Source: Candidatus Kapaibacterium sp. (GTDB taxonomy: Bacteria; Bacteroidota; Ignavibacteria; Kapaibacteriales; UBA2268). Taken from it: a stretch of DNA of 64,000 bases. Under the pieces are notes generated by a model. The model ran no database searches, was not told the origin of the DNA, and saw nothing but the letters and a program-made list of their open reading frames with translations. Both the position numbers and the translations under genes were made by a program. How positions within the stretch are numbered: the first letter of the stretch is position 1; the number at the start of each line of letters is the position of its first letter. Below are positions 20,584-30,311 of this stretch, one piece after another. The DNA is taken from positions 4,544,001 through 4,608,000 of the forward strand of contig OY762428.1 in the NCBI GenBank assembly GCA_963665665.1, read 5' to 3'.

Positions 20584-22776
20584 TTAGTATTCTATATAGA
20601 ACTGGCTTCTGTTATCAACAATATCTGCTTCTTTTTTTGCAGCAGAGAACCAGTTATAGAATGCTGATTGTTTTGAACTGTTCTTAAGCTGTTCAATATA
20701 TCCCGGAAGAGCATTAGCAACGTCCTGGTCGGAAGGAATATTACGGGATTTAACGATCATTATATAATACCCGCTTTCGCCGCGAACAGGGCCGATTACT
20801 TTGCTAAGCGGAGCATTAAATGCTTCAGCGCTGAAGGCAAAATCAGTACCTATACCTGGAACAACTCCATTGTTCTTTAGGTCTGAAGTTGTTTTATAAT
20901 CAACTTTTGGATCCATTTCAAGGGCACCTGCAAGGGTTTGAGCACCTGACAGCTTGCCATAGAGATTTTCAGCCATAGGTTTCAGCATATCAAGTTTTTT
21001 CTTGTCAACAAGTTTTCTTCTTATTTCATCTTTAACATCATCAAAAGGTTTGATACCTTCATTGCGGATTTCACTCACCTGCGGAACAACAAATCCGTAA
21101 TAATCCATTTCAAGCGGTTCAATTACATCGCCAAGTTCAGATTTGAATACTTTTGCAGTAAGGTATCTGGAACCAAGAATCGATCTGTCTTCCTCTATCA
21201 TAGCCGGAGAGTTTACCCTGAGGCCCTGTCTTGCAGCAAGTGTATCGAAGGAAACAGAACCTTCCTGAACCTGCTTGAAGAAAGAGAAAGCGTCGCGTTT
21301 AAGGATATTTCTTGTAACATTTGAAATTCTTGGTGAAATAACGATTTCAGAATATGCAATTTCATCTGACTTTTTGTCTTCAACTTTGATAATATGGAAT
21401 CCGAACTGGCTTTCAACCGGCCCTACAATATCGCCGGCATTTGCGCCAAATGCTGCATCTTCAAATGGTTTTACCATTCTGCCGCGTTCAAAGTAACCAA
21501 GATCGCCGCCACGAGCGCCGGAGCCTTTGTCCTGAGAATTTTCTCTTGCCAGTGCAGCGAAATCCTCTCCGCTTTTAGCTCTTTTAAGGATGTCTTTCGC
21601 AACTGCAAGAGCGCTGTCTTTGTTGTTATTGAAATTAATAAGAACGTGGCTTGCTTTTACCACTTCGTTTTCGCCCTGCCTGCGTCCGTCAATACGAACA
21701 AACCTTACACCGTCGTGCATTTTGATAGGGCCTACAACCTGTCGGTCCTGGAGGCTCATCAGGATAGACATGATTTGCGGTGCAATATCTTTGGCAAGAG
21801 TATAATCATGTGTTTCGCCGCCGAACTGGTCAAGAACATAATCGAAGAGGCTGTCTCTTACAACAAGGTCTGTACTTTTGTTAAGTTCATTGGCAATCCT
21901 GTCCACTCTTTTACCTGCCCTGTTAGTATCATCAATGGAAGGCTGGATCGGGAAAGATACATATTTAATAGTTCTTGCTGGATTTTGCTTGTAGAGTGTT
22001 TTGTGTGAATCGTAGTATTTCTTGATCTCATCATCAGAAACCTTAACTTCAGCATCACTGATAATTTTTTTCAGGTAGAAAGCATATTCAACTTCTGCAT
22101 TACTGTTTTCAGCAATATATTTTTCCCTGGCAAAGTCGGGAGAAATTACAGATTCAGCTGAACCAACAAGATTGATAAGCCTTTGAACCATGAGCGACCT
22201 TCTCAGGTTTTCCTCGATTGAGAAAAGCTGGTCGCGCCACTGCTGAACCATTTTTCTGATTTCTTCCTGCGGAACCTGTGAAGGATCCTGGAACATGTAC
22301 TTGGGATAATTCTCAGGGTTGGTTACGATGTCAAGGTAAATGCTTCTCATGAATTTACCTGTTGAATCAGAAAATGCTCTTCTGAGATCCGGAGGAGGAT
22401 TATCAATGAGTACATCCCTGATCTCTTCATCAGTTACCTGTATGCCTGCATTATTCGCAAACTGGGCAATAAGAGTTTCTTCGATAATATTGTTCCAAAC
22501 CTGGTTTCTGACCTGCTTGTCATTTACTTCTGCTTCTTTACCTTGCTGCTGCTGTCTCAATCTTTCGTTTTCAACTGCAACCCGTACTTTTTCCTCAAAT
22601 TCTGTGCGAAGGATCTCTTGTCCGTTTACTACTGCAATAACGGCGCTTTGCGGGTTGTTTCTTGACCTCACAATGTCCTCACCGCCAGATGAGTACACAA
22701 AGTAAGCAATAAGCAAGACTGCAAAAGTACCGAATAAATAAGGTGATAGCTGTCGAATTCTTTCAAATGTTCCCAT
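20584..22776 (-). CDS. PpiD/SurA-like parvulin peptidyl-prolyl isomerase
   Basis: N-terminal TM, SurA-N-like region, parvulin motifs ASHVLI, FAALARENSQD, GGDLGYF, SQFGFHII. Confidence 0.9.
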   Translation of the reverse strand: MGTFERIRQLSPYLFGTFAVLLIAYFVYSSGGEDIVRSRNNPQSAVIAVVNGQEILRTEFEEKVRVAVENERLRQQQQGKEAEVNDKQVRNQVWNNIIEETLIAQFANNAGIQVTDEEIRDVLIDNPPPDLRRAFSDSTGKFMRSIYLDIVTNPENYPKYMFQDPSQVPQEEIRKMVQQWRDQLFSIEENLRRSLMVQRLINLVGSAESVISPDFAREKYIAENSNAEVEYAFYLKKIISDAEVKVSDDEIKKYYDSHKTLYKQNPARTIKYVSFPIQPSIDDTNRAGKRVDRIANELNKSTDLVVRDSLFDYVLDQFGGETHDYTLAKDIAPQIMSILMSLQDRQVVGPIKMHDGVRFVRIDGRRQGENEVVKASHVLINFNNNKDSALAVAKDILKRAKSGEDFAALARENSQDKGSGARGGDLGYFERGRMVKPFEDAAFGANAGDIVGPVESQFGFHIIKVEDKKSDEIAYSEIVISPRISNVTRNILKRDAFSFFKQVQEGSVSFDTLAARQGLRVNSPAMIEEDRSILGSRYLTAKVFKSELGDVIEPLEMDYYGFVVPQVSEIRNEGIKPFDDVKDEIRRKLVDKKKLDMLKPMAENLYGKLSGAQTLAGALEMDPKVDYKTTSDLKNNGVVPGIGTDFAFSAEAFNAPLSKVIGPVRGESGYYIMIVKSRNIPSDQDVANALPGYIEQLKNSSKQSAFYNWFSAAKKEADIVDNRSQFYIEY

Positions 22777-22997
22777 TCAAAAACACTCCGTTTATTAGAA
22801 ATTATTATTAGTTATTCTCATGTTTTCAAAAAATCATAAGTACTCGAAACAACAAAATTATATCAGGCAGGGTTAATATCCAACTTTCTTTTATAGAAAA
22901 CAGATATTTTATGAAAATAAAATTTAAAAAATTGGCAAAAAAGTATATTTTTTAATTTTCAAGGCTACTATAACCTGAAATAAATTTTTAACTCAGA

Positions 22998-24188
22998 CTA
23001 TTCCGAAGTTATTTCAATAAACGAAGGATCGCTCCAGTATTTTTTAAAATGACTGTCATTCCTTGCAGTATTTCCGTATGCCGGATCAAGGCCTACTGCT
23101 TTAAGCAGGAATTCGTACATTTGGGTTGTCTCGTCTTTTTCAAGTTTCAATATTGAGTAATTATACCAGGTATTGGCATAATCCGGATTTAATTCAATTG
23201 CTGATTTGAATGAATATTCCGCCTCTTCCAGGAAACCCAGGCGTGTAAGGCAGTAGCCGCGAAGATTCCATGCCCTGAATTCCGAAGAATCAATCCTGAT
23301 AACAAGATTGTTGTCCGAAAGGGCCTTTTTAAAGTCATCAAAACGAATAGAGTTGATAGATCTGTACAGAAAAAGTTCGGTATTTCTCGGTTGTAATGAT
23401 ATTGCATAAGTAAAATCCTCGTCGGCCAGGTAGTAGCGGCCTGCCTCGTGGTATGCAAGAGCCCTTCTCAGGTAATAGTCCGGGTTGTTGGGTACAATAT
23501 CAATAGCTTCAGCGAAATTTTCGATAGCCCGGTTAAACTCACCGGATTCAAAATACAGGTTGCCTCGGTTATAATATGCCGGGGCGTGATCGGGATTGAT
23601 TGTTATTGCCTCGTTATAATCCCTCAGTGCGGATTGTTTGTCCCCTGAAAGAAGGTAAGTACGTGCCCTGACGGAATATCCGTTCGCATTCAGGGAATCA
23701 ATCTTTAAAAGGTAGGAAAGGTCGCTAAGTGCCTGATTATAATCGCCGGCATTCATGTTTATCTCGCCGCGTGTAAGCCACAGGCCGGAGCTTAAAGAAT
23801 CAATACTTAGCCCCTGGTCAATAATGTCAATACCTCTTTCATAATCGCCGATAGACATCAGCGCGAGTGCCAGGTTATTATGGGCATCGGTATTCTCAGA
23901 GTCGAACCTGATAGCCGCTTCGAAATCATCAATTGCGCCCGTCATGTTTTTAAGCTGCATCCTGACTTCGCCGCGTTTGTTATATGTATCGGAATTATCG
24001 GGATCTACGGCTAAGGACTGTGTGTATTCTTCTTCGGCGTATTCATAATCTCCCCGGTCGGCGTACTTATCGCCGAGGTAGGAATACCCGCCCGCACCGG
24101 ATCGTGCGCCCGAACAAGAAAATAGAATACTAATCGAGAATAATGTTAATATTAATATAATAAGCCTGAATTTCATTTTCCTCTCCAT
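22998..24188 (-). CDS. TPR-repeat lipoprotein
   Basis: Lipobox ILFSC; multiple TPR units (AYYNRG...AI); start 24188 or 24176. Confidence 0.85.
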   Translation of the reverse strand: MERKMKFRLIILILTLFSISILFSCSGARSGAGGYSYLGDKYADRGDYEYAEEEYTQSLAVDPDNSDTYNKRGEVRMQLKNMTGAIDDFEAAIRFDSENTDAHNNLALALMSIGDYERGIDIIDQGLSIDSLSSGLWLTRGEINMNAGDYNQALSDLSYLLKIDSLNANGYSVRARTYLLSGDKQSALRDYNEAITINPDHAPAYYNRGNLYFESGEFNRAIENFAEAIDIVPNNPDYYLRRALAYHEAGRYYLADEDFTYAISLQPRNTELFLYRSINSIRFDDFKKALSDNNLVIRIDSSEFRAWNLRGYCLTRLGFLEEAEYSFKSAIELNPDYANTWYNYSILKLEKDETTQMYEFLLKAVGLDPAYGNTARNDSHFKKYWSDPSFIEITSE

Positions 24189-24425
24189 ATTAATCTTTGC
24201 TGACAGCCTGAAAAACAACGGCAAAATTACGAATTTTAAAGAGAGCCTCAAATTTATAAGACGTGATAGTCAATATTTAATGCAAAAAATCTGTTTTCAT
24301 GAAGTAATTTTCCCGTTATGATTAATCATTTGAAATTCCTATATTGAGACAGGGAATCTTATATTTTTTTGTTTTAATTGAAATAGCTAAATTGACAAAA
24401 AATACTCATTAATTTAAGGCATGAA

Positions 24426-24779
24426 ATGAATAAAGTACTTACCATTATCCTGGCTTCGCTTCTAAGCATTGCTCTGGTATTGCTGCTTATTGCACACTTG
24501 CAGCTTGATTCAAGGGACGGCGATATTAGCGAGCTGAATTCGCAGATTGACGAATACGGCGTTCTGGTGCAGAATGTATGTTCCGGCAGCAGGTTCTCAT
24601 CCGTGGGAATGGAAAATCTTGTTAACCACGGCTACCAGGTCAGCAAGGAAGAAATAAAAGGATTTTACCTGTTTCATATTATAAAAAAATCAGGCGAAGT
24701 GACAAGGGAATTCCTGATAAAAACAGATACAATGCAGGTTATAAAGGAAATAAAATTTGTTAAACCTATCGAAGATTAA
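24426..24779 (+). CDS. Hypothetical protein with N-terminal membrane anchor
   Basis: 117-aa ORF directly ahead of the aro genes. Confidence 0.6.
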   Translation: MNKVLTIILASLLSIALVLLLIAHLQLDSRDGDISELNSQIDEYGVLVQNVCSGSRFSSVGMENLVNHGYQVSKEEIKGFYLFHIIKKSGEVTREFLIKTDTMQVIKEIKFVKPIED

Positions 24780-24793
24780 AACCGGAAATCGAC

Positions 24794-25837
24794 ATGAAAA
24801 AAATTGAATTGAATTTTAAGGATAAAAGCGTTCCCGTTTACGCAGGCGAGGAAATTAAAAACCTGCTGAAATATACTGAAGGACGAAATGTATTATTGGT
24901 TACCGATAATGTAATTGCGCCAATTTACTGGCCTTTCCTGCCGGAAGTGGAAATTGTGGAAATTGACGCCGGCGAAGCGTATAAAACTATGGAAACAGTC
25001 GAATATCTTTACAAAGAATTTATTGATCATAATATCGACAGGAATTCGCTTGTAATAGGTTTTGGCGGCGGCGTGGTGCTGGATATTGTAGGATTTGCCG
25101 CTTCAACCTTTATGCGCGGCGTTCCTTTTGCTTTCATGCCGTCAACACTGCTTGCCCAGGTTGATGCATCCATAGGCGGTAAGAACGGCTATAATTATAT
25201 TGGCGCAGAAAACTTCATGATAAAGAATTTGATCGGGTCTGTCAACCAGCCCGAGTTTATCCTGACTGATTATAACCTGCTTAAAACACTTTCGCTGGAT
25301 CATATTGCAAACGGTTTTGCAGAAGTGATAAAAACCGCACTCATTACCGATCCTTCAATGTTTGAAAGAATTGAAGCAAAATCTTCCAAACTTTTCGACC
25401 TGGAAATTGAGTTTATTTCAGAAATAATTCCGGAATGTATTGAAGCAAAAGGAAGAATTGTAACAGAAGACGAGAAGGAAAGCGGTTTGCGAAAGATCCT
25501 GAATTTCGGGCATACTTTCGGCCACGCTATCGAGCCGCTGTTAGAAGCAGAAGAAGGTTCCGAACACGGAAAAGCCATTAGCATTGGCATGGTTAAAGCT
25601 CTTGAAATATCAGAAAATATCAAGGGGCTTGATAAAAATCTTAGCGAAAGAGTAAAAAAGGTTCTTGCAAGGATTGCCCTGCCAATTGATTTTAAGGGCG
25701 GCGAAGAGAATATTATTGAACTGCTGGGAAATGACAAGAAGAAAAATGCTGATAAAATCGACTTCATCCTACTCGAAGCTATTGGCAAACCGGTAATAGA
25801 AGCAATTGATATTGAAGAACTCGGGAAAATGTTTTGA
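24794..25837 (+). CDS. aroB: 3-dehydroquinate synthase
   Basis: GGGVVLDIVGFAA, STLLAQVDASIGGKNG and LNFGHTFGHAIE motifs. Confidence 0.95.
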   Translation: MKKIELNFKDKSVPVYAGEEIKNLLKYTEGRNVLLVTDNVIAPIYWPFLPEVEIVEIDAGEAYKTMETVEYLYKEFIDHNIDRNSLVIGFGGGVVLDIVGFAASTFMRGVPFAFMPSTLLAQVDASIGGKNGYNYIGAENFMIKNLIGSVNQPEFILTDYNLLKTLSLDHIANGFAEVIKTALITDPSMFERIEAKSSKLFDLEIEFISEIIPECIEAKGRIVTEDEKESGLRKILNFGHTFGHAIEPLLEAEEGSEHGKAISIGMVKALEISENIKGLDKNLSERVKKVLARIALPIDFKGGEENIIELLGNDKKKNADKIDFILLEAIGKPVIEAIDIEELGKMF

Positions 25838-26472
25838 TTTGTACAAGCATAATGGTTGAAAGCCTGGAGCAGGCGGAAAAAATGGCTTCGATTTATCCTT
25901 TCGTGGAATTGCGGGTTGATAACGTTGTTCTTTGCAGGGAAAACCTTGAAAACCTGATAAAGATAAATAATAAGCTGATAATTACTTGTCGGAAAAGCGG
26001 CCTGACAAAGCAGGAACGTCAAACTAACCTGCTCAGGGCCGTTGATGCCGGCGTAAGCTATATAGATGTCGGCCTGGAGGAAAGCCATTCCCTGATAATG
26101 AACCTGAGAAAGAATATGAGTTCGGAACAGAAGCTGATAATTTCCTATCATAATAATGAAAGCCTCCCGCCAATGGATGAGCTTTTATCGCTTATAAATA
26201 TTTGTTTCGATTCCGGGGCTGATATTGCAAAAGTAGCCTGCCAGTGTAACAGCCGTACTGATGCTGCTAAAATGCTTGCTCTATATTCCGGGCAGGCTTT
26301 TCAATCACGACTGATATCAATTGGCATGGGTGATAAAGGAAAGATAACCCGTATTGCCGGAGTTGCTATGGGGGCGCCTTTTACTTATGCACGTGCAGAC
26401 GAAGGGAAGGAAACAGCTCCCGGCCAGTTTGCATATTCGGAAATGAAAGAAATTCTGGATAAGCTGCTATGA
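25834..26472 (+). CDS. aroD: Type I 3-dehydroquinate dehydratase
   Basis: VELRVD, IITCR, ISYHN, GADIAKVA, ISIGMG...TR and TAPGQ motifs; TTG start overlapping the aroB stop. Confidence 0.9.
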   Translation: MICTSIMVESLEQAEKMASIYPFVELRVDNVVLCRENLENLIKINNKLIITCRKSGLTKQERQTNLLRAVDAGVSYIDVGLEESHSLIMNLRKNMSSEQKLIISYHNNESLPPMDELLSLINICFDSGADIAKVACQCNSRTDAAKMLALYSGQAFQSRLISIGMGDKGKITRIAGVAMGAPFTYARADEGKETAPGQFAYSEMKEILDKLL

Positions 26473-27755
26473 GTTCAGGATTAAAAAAAATTGCAGTGGC
26501 CGGCAAGCCAATATTCCATAGTAAAAGCCCGGATATGTTTAACCAGTATTTCAGTGATATTGGGATTAACGCACATTATTCCAGGATTGCAGCCGATGAC
26601 GTAGGCGATATTGATTTCCTGATGAATGAAATCGGAATAGACGGATTAAATATTACCATGCCGTTCAAATCTGATATTATCGATATTGCCGATGAAATAC
26701 ATTTCAGCGTGAAAGCTACCGACGCGGCTAATACAATTGTACGCAAAGGAAGCCATTTGTTTGCAGCAAATACAGATATTTACGGTGTTGAAAACAGTAT
26801 TCGCGACATCATTGGGAACATTCCCGAAAGCACCCTGATAATTGGTAGCGGTAATGCAGCTTCGGCAGCCGCCTGTGCAATGAATAAAGCCGGTTCCGAC
26901 ACGGTAATTTGCGGGAGGAATATTATTAAGGCAACAGTTCTGTCAGAGAAGCTAAGAGTATCTTTTGCATTGATGAAAAATATAAAAAATATCATTGGCA
27001 GATTTGATTTGATAATTTCAACTCTGCTGCCCGGGATTGATATATTTGACGATATTAGTTTTTCACCGGATCAGATAATATTGGAGGCAGCCTATATAAA
27101 TCCCGTACTGAAAGACAAATCTGAAATATGCGGGGCTAAATATATTAACGGTAAGGAATGGCTTCTTCGCCAGGCCGAATCAAGCGCCCGCTATTTTCTG
27201 CCGGGGAAGGACCTTGAAGAAATAAGGGAAAGTTTCAGAACAGGCCTTGGAAAAGAATCAGACGGAAAGAATATTTATCTTATTGGCTTCATGGCCAGCG
27301 GGAAAACAACTATCGGAAAAAAAGTTGCAAAAGCGCTGAATAAAACTTTCTTTGATATTGATAAAGAGATTGAAAAGCAGGAGGGAATAAAGATAAGTGA
27401 AATATTCGAGAAAAACGGGGAGGACTATTTCAGGAACCTTGAAACGGAAATTCTCGGAGAACTTTCTCAGAGTGATAATTGCATTATCGCCTGTGGCGGA
27501 GGAACTCAATCGAGCGAATTAAACCGTAAGTTAATAAATTCGTCGGGCAGGGCAATCTGGCTGTACAAACCTTTTGAAAGATGCATGGCAAAAGCTAAGA
27601 AAAATGATAAACGCCCCCTGGCAAAAGATGAGAGCAAAGCCAGGGAACTTTTTGAACAAAGACAGGATGATTACTTTCTGACATCAGACCTGATTGTTAA
27701 TGCTGCAAGAAAGAATGATGATATTATTAAGAAAATTCTATCCGAAATATCTTGA
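26469..27755 (+). CDS. aroE: Fused shikimate dehydrogenase (AroE) - shikimate kinase (AroK)
   Basis: HSKSP, NITMPFK, AANT and NTDIYG motifs; C-terminal IYLIGFMASGKTT, GEDYFR, ACGGG and KRPL. Confidence 0.9.
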   Translation: MSSGLKKIAVAGKPIFHSKSPDMFNQYFSDIGINAHYSRIAADDVGDIDFLMNEIGIDGLNITMPFKSDIIDIADEIHFSVKATDAANTIVRKGSHLFAANTDIYGVENSIRDIIGNIPESTLIIGSGNAASAAACAMNKAGSDTVICGRNIIKATVLSEKLRVSFALMKNIKNIIGRFDLIISTLLPGIDIFDDISFSPDQIILEAAYINPVLKDKSEICGAKYINGKEWLLRQAESSARYFLPGKDLEEIRESFRTGLGKESDGKNIYLIGFMASGKTTIGKKVAKALNKTFFDIDKEIEKQEGIKISEIFEKNGEDYFRNLETEILGELSQSDNCIIACGGGTQSSELNRKLINSSGRAIWLYKPFERCMAKAKKNDKRPLAKDESKARELFEQRQDDYFLTSDLIVNAARKNDDIIKKILSEIS

Positions 27756-27938
27756 TCAGACTTTTGCGGATAAAAAAAGTTATCAACTCTTGCAAAATAT
27801 TTTTCCTTTGGATTATTAGAAATACAATATAATCAGCTTTTACCCGATTTGAATTTCAACTTTTGATTGTTAAATTCGTAGAAATATTAATAACATAAAT
27901 CTTTAATGGTTTGATATGGATAATTTAATTATATATAT

Positions 27939-28358
27939 TTGATTATGGATCGAATAAAAAAAGAACATAAATTTGTTTCAGATGTAAAAGAAATTCTGAG
28001 TTTCGCCAGAAATAAAGCTTATAGGGCAATAAATTCAGCAATGGTAGATGCTTATTGGTTAATTGGTAAAAGAATAACCGAAGAAGAACAATCAGGAATG
28101 GAAAGAGCAGAATACGGGAAATATATTTTAAAACTATTGTCGAAAGAACTTAAAAGTGAATTTGGCAAAGGATTTGGCGAACGTGAATTGCGAAGAATGA
28201 GACAATTTTATTTAACTTTTCCAATTCGGGGCACACTGCGCCCCGAATTGAGTTGGAGTCATTATTAACATTATCTTTCTTATCTTCCAACTGAAGAAGA
28301 ATTGGTTGCTGTAATAGAAAATGAAAAAATTGTATTTAAAGAAAAAATAACGAAATAA
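27939..28358 (+). pseudogene. Internally deleted DUF1016/YhcG-family gene
   Basis: N-terminal motifs YWLIGKRI, RAEYG, FGKGF, LSWSHY, then TAA, then in the same frame the family C-terminal tail YLPTEEEL. Confidence 0.8.
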
Positions 28359-28378
28359 ATATTTAAAAGAAGTTTTTT

Positions 28379-28840
28379 ATGAAAAAAATATTAGAAAATC
28401 CAATAGTCAGCTTTGTTGCCAGAGCCATCCTTGCCTATGTTTTTATATATGCAGCTTACGGTAAAATAATTGATGCTAGGCAGTTTTCTTACGAGATTGC
28501 CAATTACAATATCCTTCCGGATATTTTTATAAACATGATGGCCCTGGTACTGCCATGGCTGGAACTGTTCATGGCCTTATGTCTTCTAATCGGTTACAGG
28601 TTAAAGGCTAACGCGGCAATAAGCGCCGGAATGAATATAATGTTCATAGCCGCCATTTCTATTGCTATGATGCAGGGCCTGGATATTAACTGCGGATGCT
28701 TTGCAAATTCCGCAACCAAGGTTGGCTGGCAAAAACTTGCCGAGGATGCCGGACTTTTAATATTGTCGGTATATATTTTCATTAAGCCTGTTGATACACT
28801 TACCATCGGCAGGTTTTTTGGCAGAAAAAGCCTGAGCTGA
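28379..28840 (+). CDS. DoxX/MauE-family membrane protein
   Basis: VFIYAAYGKI, LPWLEL and GLDINCGCF motifs. Confidence 0.88.
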   Translation: MKKILENPIVSFVARAILAYVFIYAAYGKIIDARQFSYEIANYNILPDIFINMMALVLPWLELFMALCLLIGYRLKANAAISAGMNIMFIAAISIAMMQGLDINCGCFANSATKVGWQKLAEDAGLLILSVYIFIKPVDTLTIGRFFGRKSLS

Positions 28841-29701
28841 ACAAAAAATTCCAAAGTAGAACTTTGAGGAAAATATCCTTCCCAAGTACAACTTGGGAAG
28901 GAGGGAAAATCACCTGTCCCCCGCTGGCGGGGGTGCCCGAAGGGCGGGGGTGGACTTCCGGAAAAATTCCCCTCGTTGAGGGGTGGCGAGCGCAGCGAGT
29001 TCCCGACACGTCGGGACAGGCTGGGGTGGATTCTTTTTCTTAGTCTCAAGGTGCTATTATCCACGAGCTAAAGCACGTGGCTATTGAATTTGACGATTAT
29101 AAGGCTGGGATGTCATTCTGAGCGCCAGCGAAGAATCCATTCTTAATACCTAATCTGCAAAGAAAGATGGATTCTTCGATCGCAAGCTCCTTCAGAATGA
29201 CGGATGGGAATGTCCCCCGCTGGCGGGGGTGTCCGAAGGACGGGGGTGGACTTCCGGAAAATTCCCCTCTCGAGGGGTGGCGAGCGCAGCGAGACGGGGT
29301 GGATTCTTTTTCTTAGCCTCCCTTATCCACGAGCTAAAGCACGTGGCTATTGAATTTTGCGATGCTCTGCATGGATTGTCATACTGAGTGGAGCGAAGTA
29401 TCCATTCTTCATACATTATCTGGCTAAAGAAGATGGATTCTTCAGTCGCTTCGCTCCGTCAGAATGACAACATAACACCTCCTTCTCCGGCCCTTTCCCC
29501 CCGTTCTTCCACCCCAATGAACAGGCCGCAGGACTTAATTCCCTATCCTGTGGTTTCAATGAACCGGATAATTTCCTTACTTCAATGCTGTTTTGAACCA
29601 GAATTCAAATGTTTGGGCTAATTGCTTGGATTGCAGGGCTTTAAACTGCCATGGCCGGAGTTATTGAATCATTGTTTGGCCTTAATGTAGTGAAATTTGG
29701 C

Positions 29702-29986
29702 CTCATTGAACACTTGGTTGGCTTTACTGAACACTTGGTTGGCTTTACTGAACACTTGGTTGATCTTACTGAACACTTGGTTAATCTTACTGAACACTTG
29801 GTTAATCTTACTGAACACTTGGTTAATCTTACTGAACACTTGGTTGATCTTACTGAACACTTGGTTGATCTTACTGAACACTTGGTTGGCTTTACTGAAC
29901 ACTTGGTTGACCTTACTGAACACTTGGTTGGCTTTACTGAACACTTGGTTGATCTTACTGAACACTTGGTTGATCTTACTGAACAT
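29702..29986 (+). repeat. 21-bp tandem array A (ACTGAACACTTGGTT + variable hexamer), 13 units + partial
   Basis: Counted directly; hexamers GGCTTT, GATCTT, AATCTT, GACCTT. Confidence 0.97.
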
Positions 29987-29996
29987 GTTCTTTGCC

Positions 29997-30311
29997 TCCG
30001 ACCAAGAGTTCAATGACTTCGACCAAGGCATCAATGACTTCGACCAAGGCATCAATAACTCCGACCAAGGCATCAATAACTTCGACCAAGGCATCAATGA
30101 CTTCAACCAAGGCGTCAATAACTCCGACCAAGGCATCAATGACTTCAACCAAGACGTCAATGCCTTCAACCAAGGCATCAATAACTTCGACCAAGGCATC
30201 AATAACTCCGACCAAGGCATCAATAGCTTCAACCAAGAGTTCATTATCTTCAAACAAGGCGGCAATAAAGCAAAACATTGCTGCAATAGGTGCAAACAAG
30301 ACCTCAATACC
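29997..30311 (+). repeat. 21-bp tandem array B (consensus TTCGACCAAGGCATCAATRAC), ~11 good + ~4 degenerate units
   Basis: Counted directly; the 21-nt register continues through the degenerate units. Confidence 0.95.

Noticed and set aside
25300-26151. 283-aa minus-strand ORF and similar long antisense ORFs (16048-16605, 21394-22008, 38466-39086, 39207-39770)
   Set aside because: Antisense shadows of well-supported genes (aroB/aroD, helicase, PPIase, murC) with no recognisable motifs.
29702-29986. CRISPR array (constant 15-mer + variable segment)
   Set aside because: The variable part is only 6 nt drawn from four recurring variants, there are no unique 25-45-nt spacers, and no cas genes are present.
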